NCBI GenBank assembly: GCA_951406725.2
Contig: OX597820.1
Coordinates: forward strand, 58,280,001 to 58,344,000
Reading direction: 5' to 3'
DNA: 64,000 bases
From: Octopus vulgaris
Lineage: Eukaryota
Shown: positions 53,800 through 64,000 of the stretch, one piece after another
How the letters are laid out: each line of letters begins with the position of its first letter
How positions within the stretch are numbered: the stretch's first letter is position 1
Notes under the pieces: generated by a model
The model's database searches: none
What the model saw: only the letters and a program-made list of their open reading frames with translations
What the model was told of the DNA's origin: nothing
Translations under genes and position numbers: made by a program

Positions 53800-53830
<31 letters not shown>

Positions 53831-53912
53831 AAACAAGCTTTTGAAGGTTTTATAGATATTTCAAAATTATGATGCTATGATGCTAGGTGTTGCCATTATT
53901 TTGTCCAACCCT

Positions 53913-53916
<4 letters not shown>
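52664..53916 (-). mobile_element. complete Tc1-family DNA transposon with frameshifted transposase (about 53715-52714)
   Basis: TIRs cacaag(g)ttggacaaaataatgg(a/c)aacac with TA on both sides; MTDLTDFQRGKIVG, SGRKPKLSDRD, WKNVIFSDES, PTVKHGGGSVMIWG, C-terminal GGPTLY*; fragment copy at about 50118-50190. Confidence 0.95.
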
Positions 53917-53968
<52 letters not shown>

Positions 53969-54108
53969 TATAGTCAGACAGACAAATAGACAAACAGATG
54001 TAGAGAGAGGGGAAAGTGTGAATACATAGGTGCACAACATGGTGGAGAAAATAATACTGAAATAGAGTAAAATATAGTGTTGCATTGAAGCTAAAATTTT
54101 TCACAAAA

Positions 54109-54144
54109 TGATACTCAGAGTTTCGCACACCCGATCATCAGACA
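54109..54144 (-). ncRNA. PLE-type minimal HHR with weak helices I and II
   Basis: Minus: ugu CUGAUGA UCGGGUGUGC GAAA CUCUGAG UA|uca; downstream of LLNGNEI (like LLN.r.EI) and upstream of (TA)n. Confidence 0.6.
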
Positions 54145-55225
54145 GAAGTGAACTTGTAGAACAATGCAGTTATTTGTTTATATCTGCTTATATAATGTTT
54201 AGAAATGTTCGCAAATGTTTATAAACCACTGTATTGGTCCAAACCGTCACTTCCGTTTGATGAACCGCTTCGTCCAGCACGCGCACGCACGAATTCTTAG
54301 ATGCAGCTCGTATAGGATCTTGCCTTGCATTTCTGTGCGCACATATAGTGTTATGTAGTGCTCACAATTTGCCTCAGACCTGTGACTAATTGTGCATAAA
54401 GAAAAATTTTATTTTTTTTTAAATTTCTGGTTCCGTTGATTTCATTTCCGTTCAACAGTCCCGTTGTATTCGTGATACGGCTATCAGCACATGAACAGAA
54501 AACATTGAAGAGAATGGGAGTTTTTTTTTTCCACCTGAGATATCAACGATAGTATAAGAATTTCAAGTTACACAGAGTTAAGTCCCTTTCGCAACAAACT
54601 TCCCTAATTTATTTAATATATCATGTTATAACATTATTCTGTCACACTTTATGTAAAAAAAAGAAATACGCTGGGGGGAACCGTATTCAAAAGTAAAGAG
54701 AAATCAACAAACAGGGAGGAGAGTGAGAGACAGCAAGAAGATGGAAAAGAGAGAGAGAGAGAAATAGTTAAGCCGACAGAAATAGAAGAGAAAGTGAAGG
54801 GAGGAAGGTAGGGGGAGAGAGAAAGAGAGAGAGATCGGGGTGTTGAGGTTTGGTGGTGGGTAACACCTGGAGAAGGAAAGGAGGTGATCAAAGGTACAAA
54901 AGGTTAGTCAGTGTAAAGTGATATCTGTGAGAATTCCGCGATAACAGATGGCGGTAGCTGCCATTCTTACCCTGGCGTGTGGTAGCATGGTAATATGACA
55001 CAGCAGAGTGTATGTATGTACGTGTTGAATGTGTGTGTGTGTGCGCGTCTGCATGCGAGTGTGTACGCTTTGGTGAAGAAAGATTTGGTTGGAAGTAGAC
55101 TTAAATATGTAAGTTAGTATACATAGCGTTTGTGTGTTTCTCTGTGTGTGGATGAGTAGACAGACGGACAGACAGACAGGCAAGCAGGCAGACAGACAGG
55201 CAGGGAGGCAGGCAGGCAGATAGAC

Positions 55226-55316
<91 letters not shown>

Positions 55317-55394
55317 AAACGTGTGCATACACTCATCCATACATATTCACATGCACACAACTATACATAAACACACACACAAACACACACACAC

Positions 55395-55798
55395 ACATTG
55401 TTAGATTAGGAAAGACGAGCGTTTTGAGACGCAACTAGAAGACTGTATAAGATGCTGGTTGGATGTAGGGATTGGATGTAGGACTGTAATAGGACCAAAT
55501 TGAGACGGTGACTGGTATCAATTGGTGTTGAGCATCGTTAAGCAAACACCATCTTGAAGCGCAGTTAAGAGGCCATCTACTGGATATGGTTGAAAAGGAG
55601 TGGTGAAACCTGGCTGGAGAGGTTATGATCCCGGATCACTAGTCAATCGAAACAGTAGGTGGAGGCCTTACATCAGTGAGGGGAGTCAATGCGCTGTAAG
55701 GCCGTCGAGAGGAAGGCCTCGAAACGGTGCGCATTCTTTCCTGATGGCCCCTGCATCACACTGGCATCTGGTATGCAGAGAAAGCGACTGACTGCACT
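55395..55798 (+). mobile_element. 3' end of an RLE-type non-LTR element (NeSL/Hero-like)
   Basis: LVGCR (like EVGCRG) and EAIYWIWLKR (like aS.WlWlkR), structured 3' UTR, ends in (TA)n. Confidence 0.6.
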
Positions 55799-56050
55799 TT
55801 ATATATATATATATAGTGTAGGTATCAGTTTAATACCTCTAAGGGATAATTAAATCCAAAGTCGCTCCTGGTTATTACCTTGGTAGGTACAGTCTTTTGT
55901 AAGGTTGTACGGAGTAGCAGGTGGTTCTGTTGGTAAACCGTAGTTTAGGTTATATAGGAGAAGAAAATGGATGTAATAACAATGGGAGACTTGTGGTTTT
56001 CGCTGGTATGCCTTTAATTTAATCAAATAGCAAAGAAGGAGGTGAAGGTA

Positions 56051-56101
56051 GCATTTACGATCGTTTCGATTTACTGGTTTAAGTAAATCTCTTCAGAATG
56101 C
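56051..56101 (-). ncRNA. type I hammerhead ribozyme, canonical core
   Basis: Minus: gcauu CUGAAGA GAUUUACU-uaaacc-AGUAAAUC GAAA CGAUCG UA|aaugc; 5-bp helix I, 8-bp helix II, palindromic ACGAUCGU helix III, GUA site. Confidence 0.9.
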
Positions 56102-56339
56102 GAATATAGATAGATGCATCGGTTAGGATGCGAAAATAATTGATACATGTGTGATGGTAATATAAACAAAGGTAATAAGTCTTATATTAAATTTTGTTCT
56201 TGCAGTGGTAAATTCGCTGGGTAGAGGTTTGATTGTGGTCGACTGGTTAGTTTCGTTGGGTAATTAGGACGGAACGAGTATTATTTAGGTGTGGGGTTCC
56301 TAGTTAGATTAAGCACATTTTTTCGCACGTGCCCCACAC

Positions 56340-56475
56340 GGAATTTTGACCCTTTTTATAGTATTATTGAGTGTGTAGTGGTGGGGAGAGATATAAGATA
56401 GTACAAGATAGTACTATCATATATCTCTCCCCACCACTACACACTCAATAATACTATAAAAAGGGTCAAAATTCC
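56340..56475. repeat. near-perfect inverted repeat (65-bp arms, 6-nt loop)
   Basis: 56340-56404 vs 56411-56475, one mismatch. Confidence 0.95.
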
Positions 56476-56718
56476 TGCAAAAACTTAGATCAATTTGAAG
56501 ACTCCACTAGAATGGACGAAAGGGCTATTATATGATATATGATGTATAACAACATGTAACATACTAATAAATATCTGTAAATATAAAACCATCCGGATTT
56601 CTGAGTACCTCATTTCTTCTAATATATAATACCTGTACTTCATCTCCAAACATTCTAATATATATATATAGCCTCGAACCAACCAAAACCTTGTGAATAG
56701 AATTGAAATAAGCCCGTC

Positions 56719-56760
<42 letters not shown>

Positions 56761-56786
56761 ATGTATGTATATATATATAGAGAGAG

Positions 56787-56846
<60 letters not shown>

Positions 56847-57404
56847 GTGTGTGTGTGTGTGTGTGTGTGTGTATTTGTCTACCGCTTTACAACAGGTGAT
56901 GATGTGTTTGCGTTCCCGTATAATAGCCGTTCGTTCGGAAAAAGATCAATAGAGCTAGTACTTTAAAATAAATTAGCACTGGAGTCGATACGTTCGTCTA
57001 ACATTTCAAGGCGGAGACCCAGCATGGCTGCAATTAAAGGACTGAAACAAGTAAAAGACGAAATGAGTGTGTGTGCGTGTGTGTATTTTCTCAACCACAT
57101 GGTTCAAGGTTTAGTCCCAGGTAAACCAAACCCCTGTGAGTGGATTTGATAGACGGAATATGTACGTGTGAGGGAGGGTGCTGCGTGTATGTGCGTGTGT
57201 GTATGTGCACGCGCACGTGTATTTGTCGTTTGTACCTGTTCCCAGCCTATCCGCAATCTTATGACTAACACAAGTGTACGTCCCTTTAACTTAGCCGTTC
57301 GGCAAAAGAATTCAATAAAGTACCAGGTGCCACGCAGTGGGACTGAACCCGGAACCATATGGTCCGTAAGCAAGCTACTTACCACGCAGCCACTCCTACA
57401 CCTA

Positions 57405-57450
<46 letters not shown>

Positions 57451-57454
<4 letters not shown>

Positions 57455-58033
57455 CCTATATAACAGTGCGCGCACGCGCACCGTCCATTTCTATTTCGAG
57501 CGTGCGGTGTTGGTGCCTTCACCAAGGCAGAGAGGAAGGGCCCTCTCGCGCATGCGCGAAGCCCCGGAAGAAGGACCATTTGCCTACGTGGCAGTTAGCC
57601 GAGGCAAGGGGATCGTAGGACGTTGACCACTAGCGTCCAGCAGCAGTCAGCGACTTGAGACAAAGCGACCGAAGGCAACGGACGTATATTTTCTCGCTGT
57701 CCATTTTTGATAGCAGTCGGCTGAAGGCTTTAACCAAATTGTTGCAGACAACATCATCTCCCTGTTCCGGACGCCATCTTTGACCAGTGTCGTTAGCATT
57801 TGAACTTTGTAAATTCTACAGCGATAACGTTCAGCTCTGACACATCTATACCAAAGGGATACCCAGATATACCAATTATCTGTTACTGTCATAAGAGAAT
57901 AAAGTAGATATATATATTTTACGTCTGCGTTTTGTTGTTTCTGACTGGTAGAATCTGGATTATTAAAGCAACGGAAAGTGATTGCTTCTCGCACCCCCAA
58001 AAGGTCCAGAGAAGATATTCACATTTCGTTACA
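57451..58033 (+). mobile_element. putative solo LTR in (TA)n
   Basis: TG...CA ends (tgatcc ... cgttaca), CpG-rich 5' half, AATAAA at 57898, (TA)n on both sides. Confidence 0.45.
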
Positions 58034-58041
58034 TATATATA

Positions 58042-58093
<52 letters not shown>

Positions 58094-58434
58094 AACACAC
58101 ACAAAAGTGCAGGGATATATGTGTATGCCTCAATATGTATCTGTATGCATGCGCTTGCATGTGTGTGTGTGCGCGCGCCTAAGTGTGACGCGCTAGTGTA
58201 TGCGTGCTGACGGTAACGATTTGTCGGAAAAGGTTCTGAAGTATGTATACACGTGTACATCACCGTACACCCTTATCTATATACGTCTCTATCGATGTGT
58301 GTGTGTCTGCAAACAATTTGGCAGGGTAATGTTCAAAGCTATATATGTGAGTATGTTTGTATATCTAAATTCATGGGTAGCTTAGAACCGAATATCGACG
58401 ATATATTATCAGCTTGTTTTGTTTTATTTAAATA

Positions 58435-58511
<77 letters not shown>

Positions 58512-58625
58512 GTGTGTACGTGTGTGTGTGTATGTGTGAGTTAACATGTGGATACATACGTATAGGTTCTTATCTATGTGAAAATGTTTATTTTATGCAT
58601 TGTGGTGTGAATGGATGTATGGGTA

Positions 58626-58917
58626 CTACTTAAGAACAGTGGTCCCGGTGCGCGCACTCGCGTACTCACCCGTCCGCGCTAGCTAGTCATGACTAGTTGA
58701 TCCTTACTTTGTGTTTTTGTTTTATTTACTTTGTATAAAAAATTATTTACCTTGTATTTATGTGTTTTATTTTGTTTAACAGAAATTATTTACCTTGTGT
58801 AAAAAAAATTATTTATTTTGTGTTTTATTTACTTTGCTAGGATCGACTAGTCACGGCTAGCTAGCGCGGATGCGCGAGTACCCGAGTGCGCGCACCGGGA
58901 CCACTGTTCTTAAGTAG
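58626..58917. mobile_element. MITE with about 80-bp TIRs (Kolobok-like if TTAA is the TSD)
   Basis: ctacttaagaacagtggtcccggtgcgcgcactcg... mirrored by ...cgagtgcgcgcaccgggaccactgttcttaagtag; AT-rich core with repeated aattatttaccttgt. Confidence 0.85.
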
Positions 58918-59583
58918 ATGTATGTTTAAAGCAAATCACACATTAACAGTAAAACAGATGCACACACTCACTCACACATGCTTAGATACACACACATATA
59001 TAAGTGCATTTAATGGTATGTTTATGTGTGTTAGTTTGTGTGTGCTTGTTTCTTTCAGTATCATAGGAATAGCAGCAGTCAGTCGGCTGGTCTTCGTGGT
59101 TCCGCGTATTGGTATATATTTCTTTACATATCAGGTTATTGTCGCATGTAATGAATATAGATGCGTCAGTGTATATTAGTTTGTGTTCGTTGTATACCAA
59201 TTAGCTGAGGTTTCTTTATCTATCTATAGATAGATAGGTACTTTATTTTTAATTTTACTATTTTTATTTTACTTTTTTTATTTTACTAATATTCTATTTT
59301 TGTATGCTGTTTATATTCTGAATTTTACTGGATTTTGTACTGGTATTTGGGTTTTTCTTTTTTCTTTTTTTGGTTTCTTGGTAACTTTTGTATCATTTTT
59401 AACTTCTTTGGAAAGTCTGTGGCACCACACATTTATGATTTTATCAATTAATTATTTGTTTGATTTTCAAAAAAATAAAATAAAATAAAACGATGAATCT
59501 TAGTTCTCTTCAGAGAAGACGGAAGTTAAAGTTGAAACTGAAGTTATCCACGCTCAAAGTATCGCCGAACGAAATATTATACA

Positions 59584-59945
59584 GGCGTAGGCATGGCTGT
59601 GTGGTTAGGAAGCTCGCTTTGCAACTAAGTGGTTTCGAGTTCATTTCCACGGCGCGGCATCTCAGGCAAGTGTCTTCTATAGTAACGGACCTACCAGTGC
59701 CTTGTGAGTAGATTTGGTAAGCGGAAACTGTGTCGAAGACCGTCGTATGTGCAAATATGTATGTGTGTAGTGTTTGCCACCCTTGCATTGCTTGACAATC
59801 GGTGTTGGTGTCTTTACGTCCCCTTAACTTAATGGCTTAGCAAAGTAAAAGACTTAAATATAAGTACTGGAAACGATTTGTTCCACTAAACCTTTCAAAA
59901 GCGTACCCTACATAGCCACAATCGAATGACTGAGACAAGTAACAA
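59584..59945 (+). mobile_element. SINE family B copy
   Basis: ggcgtaggcatggctgtgtggttaggaagc head, caggcaagtgtcttctatag, 3' half. Confidence 0.8.
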
Positions 59946-60954
59946 ACAAAAGCATAGAAGATAGGATAAGCCACCCGACTAACAAAGTCATCAGTCTGGC
60001 TGGCCAACATACAACAGTTCTGGTTCACAGACATGATATCTTTTCATTCTGTTCTATCACTATTACAATAGTATCTTGCTATTTCAAGTACAACATCCGA
60101 GTCTTTCGACGCTTCATCATCCATACAGTGCTTCGCCTCCTAATATCCACAGTAACTTCTAGTAAGCCAATCCTTCCTGTCCAGAAGGTCAACCCGCTGG
60201 GAATTCCTTTCACGTCTTCTTTTTCTTTTATCGACGTTGACTAACCGTTGTTCAAGCTGAACATCAACTATATAAATGCCACTGTTCTCGGAGGGCCTGC
60301 TTAGCGTGGTTACTGTCCTATCCTCCTGGCTAAAATATTAATTCATTTCTCTTATTGTTTCGATCAAATTGACGCCATCAAAGTCTTAGTTATTTGCAAA
60401 TAGTAGAATCACATTAAAATTATGCAATATCCAGCTAACATTAACGACAATGGACACTGCAATCTTTGTTTAATCCACGAAATCATATAAAGGTTATAGA
60501 AGAGTTATTTATCAAATCTATCTACCCTTCCTTGTCATAAACTTTTAATCCTTACTCATTTATTACATTTCATCCACTGTCTGCTTTTTCTTTTTCAATA
60601 GATTCCAATTTGCATCCCAGCTTTTCTCATATATACATATTCTACCTTTTTATCGCAGTTCATACTGTAAATGGTTTTTGTTGTTGTTGCTTATCCCAAA
60701 CAAACTATAATCAAAGATGTTCCAGCTTTGACTGTCCCGGCTTACAACACATATTGGATAATGTTTAGAAATACATTACTCAATATTTTCTATTTAAATA
60801 AAAAAATTAACGGTAGGATTTGTGGATGCTTTAGCTGCTATTTCTTGCAAGTTATTCCTTAGTTCATTAATTGCATTACAGGCTTCGAAAGTAGTAGTAT
60901 TTGTTCGACAAATATCGTATTTCGAAATAACTCTATTACAGGTTCTTACAATAA

Positions 60955-61345
60955 AAACGAAGTCATCGGCACTGAGTAGGTCCCACAGGCAACTGGTCTT
61001 AAATTCCTCTGTCATGGCTTGGAGGACTATGAAGAATAGGAGGAGACTGAGAATCGAGCCCTGGTCGACTTCTACACTAAATTTATTGTTGTTCTCGTTA
61101 CTACCTCTCACATGCCTGACGGCGGCCTTGTACAATGCTTGTATATCTCTCACAAGTCATTCGCCTACCCGTAGCTCTCTCAAGAACCTCTAGATCACAA
61201 AGCGAAAGGCCTTGTCTATGGCTTTCTCTAGGTCAACGAATGCTAAGCACAATGGTTTGATTTTACTTAAATAATTCTTTTGCAGTTGCTTTATTAGAAA
61301 GATGACATCAACAGTGCTTCTCCCTGGCACAAAACCAAACTGCAA
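60955..61345 (-). pseudogene. non-LTR (RTE-related) RT fragment
   Basis: LQFGFVPGRSTVDVIF, AFVDLEKAID, VDQGSILSLLLF, LLSADDFV with in-frame stops. Confidence 0.85.
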
Positions 61346-64000
61346 CTCACCTAATTGGTTATATCTAATTGGGTTATAACTCGAAATCATATTTCGAGTT
61401 ACTATCTTACAATGCAATAATTCTTCAAAATTAACTCCAAATTCACCACACCAATTTCAGTCACTCACCTCACCTTTCTGATTCCGCACACACACGCACA
61501 CATTTGTATGTATTTGGAAAACAACTTATAAACCAATAACCGCGCTCAGAAAATGAACTCGAGGCGGAATTAGACGACGAGAATATTATTTTTTGGTTTA
61601 ATTTCTAGTGATTTATGCCAGATGACTATGTTTCACTCACCAACCTCCTACCAAAGATACACTCTTTCCTCATTCTCCTTTTTCCCTTTCTACTACCATA
61701 ACATTTGCTCATCTGAACAAGTACCGAGTTTTTATGTATGTGTTCATGCATTATGGTTTTATTCATTTATTGATTCAGTCACCGGACTGCGACCAAGCTG
61801 GAGTATTGCCTTCAAACCGTTTTAATTTATTATATCGGCCACTCTGTATGTACCTTATTGATGTAGCTTATTCTTCAACGTTTAATTTCTTTTTTACTAT
61901 GTCAGCAAGCCTTCTTACTGTTTATGCCATAAATGATATATGAAAATGTATGAATGTTACAACTTCTATTTCAAAATTCATGTCTATGATAGGAAATTTA
62001 ATTTTCCTTATCCAATGTTTTGCTTATTTTTAATGAAATGTGTTTAAACATTCGCCTATAAAGTAACTTTTTCTTTACTTATTCCCTTTTATGTATTCAC
62101 TCACATGTAACATTATTCTCGTTAATGTGTGTCGGCTGTAGCCTTTTAATAGTTTATTTAAGTGGGTCATTATTCCTCAAGCAATTCACACATATGCATA
62201 CACACAAACATGCACAACACATTAAGGAGGAAAAGCGAAAAGAAAAGAGAGAGAGAGAACGAATGTTAATACCGCACAATCTTGTTCTTGAAGCATTTCA
62301 TTCCTCGAGTTATATACACTTTAAAAGACAACATGAATTCTACCTCAGCAAGCTAAACAGACAATCTGTTCAAACAAATACAAACGGATATAACTTATTT
62401 CAGTTTAAACACGTCTTAATGACTGCATCGAAATATTTCTATGAAAATCTCATTTTTCCTGTAAAGAAGACAACATCCTCCATTGAATGACTGCTTCCCG
62501 TGTCTCCATCTTAATCACTGTCTGTACTCGATAGTGTTGCCATTGCTTCGAATCCACAGGACATCCGGCCAGGGTTGGGTTACCAAATTTAGTCACTGGT
62601 CTCGAACGAACAGAACTGTAAAAAGCTCAAGAGCCAGGAAATTAATGTTTGATGTTTAATTACTTTTAGATGTCTAAATAGCTGCGAATAAAATTTAATT
62701 ATTTATATATTTTTTTATCTTTTCATAATCGCGTAACTGTTATAAATAAAATAATTGAGAGATGTGGATAAATAAACCAAACCATAAATAAATTTTTTTT
62801 CTCTCCTTATCACTTTTTCCTACCCTCTTTCCGCCTCCCTACCACCGTCACCCCATCTTCGTCTTTATCCGATTTGACAAAATATAGCGGACATTAGTGA
62901 GGAAAGACGGACTGAAATATGCCTCGTAAGGAAGAAACTTTTCCTGAATAGGAAATTAAGTCCGACAGGAAAACTAGATAAGAATTATTCCCAGCAGGTT
63001 GTTTGTACAAACAGAAAGAAGGAAAGAAAAAAAGAAACAACTCCTACTATAGCAACGATACGCTACAGTCTGCCACAAATTATAAACCGTCTAAAACAAT
63101 ACTGTCCATATCATAACAGCCTGTTCATAAACACACACATACGCACAGATTTCCAGACTTAGATACACATTAGCTATTTCCTCAACTTCGTCACAAACTA
63201 ACATAAATCATATTTCTGAAGTTTTATTTTGACTCTTGCCCACCCAACCTGTTGCTAGTCTCCTCGAATTTTTCTAATTATACATAAATTCAAAAAAAAA
63301 AAAGAAAAAGAAAAGAGAAATTCCTAAGACATATGAGGGTAGAATGTATAATTATTGCCTATTCCATCCCACGCAGCTTCTGTAACTCCAAGTTTACTAC
63401 TTCTAAATGCCTAGCCCCAAGCAAGGCCACAGCCTTTGGGCTGAAACGCATAAAAGAATATACATATATGGGTTGACGAGGAACCCTCTTTATCAAGCTT
63501 TTTCGAGAGTCAGGCCGCACAAGATATCGCTCATTATCAGGCGGGCCGCACAATTAAAAAAAAATTCAAGGTAGATTTTCGCTAGGTGCATTATTCAGAA
63601 AGTCCTCAAAGTTGCTGTTTACTCTTGACTACAGTTGCTTAACCTATTAGAATTGGTTGCCAAATTTCCTACTATTGCTACAAAACGTCTTTAAAAAAGA
63701 GAAGATAACGTAGTAGATCTTCCCTTTAAGCGCTGACCCGGAGGATAGCAACACCAAACTAAATACAGCATTACTGTACTATAACGCCGTTTTTGGAATT
63801 CAGTATCTCTGCCATCCCGATCCAAACTCACATACATACATACGTCTCAGTGAATAAAATGTAAACGTAATAGACCAGACAAAGTTATTTGAGACAGAGA
63901 AAGGAAACTATGCACAATCGCGAAAATCAGCTACCCAGCTGATGTCAATATAAAACTAAAGATCAGTGAAAAGGAAAACACGTGCGCCAAACTACAAAGA

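Noticed and set aside
63359-63553. 64-aa ORF MCGPPDNERY...
   Set aside because: Non-ATG start and no recognisable domain; repeated tgtgcggcc is more typical of hAT subterminal sequence

Overview
Repeat-dominated, AT-rich eukaryotic DNA with no host protein-coding gene that I can support; nearly all ORFs in the track are microsatellite or SINE read-throughs. The tRNA-derived SINE families and the microsatellite density suggest an octopod cephalopod (Octopus), which is an inference. Recognisable content: four or more modular tRNA-SINE families, a young 5'-truncated RTE LINE (one frame, two stops), other RTE, L1/Tx1 and NeSL/Hero fragments, a complete but frameshifted Tc1 element, Merlin remnants, several MITEs, a putative solo LTR, and many decayed Penelope-like (PLE) RT/GIY-YIG fragments. 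The main hidden signal is a set of about 8-10 type I hammerhead ribozyme (HHR) motifs with palindromic helix III. Two have a fully canonical core (4200-4278 and 56051-56101). They sit in PLE 3' ends and in small non-coding cassettes next to (TA)n tracts, including a 560-bp 1.2-mer, retrozyme-like element. All calls were made by eye; repeat boundaries are approximate.
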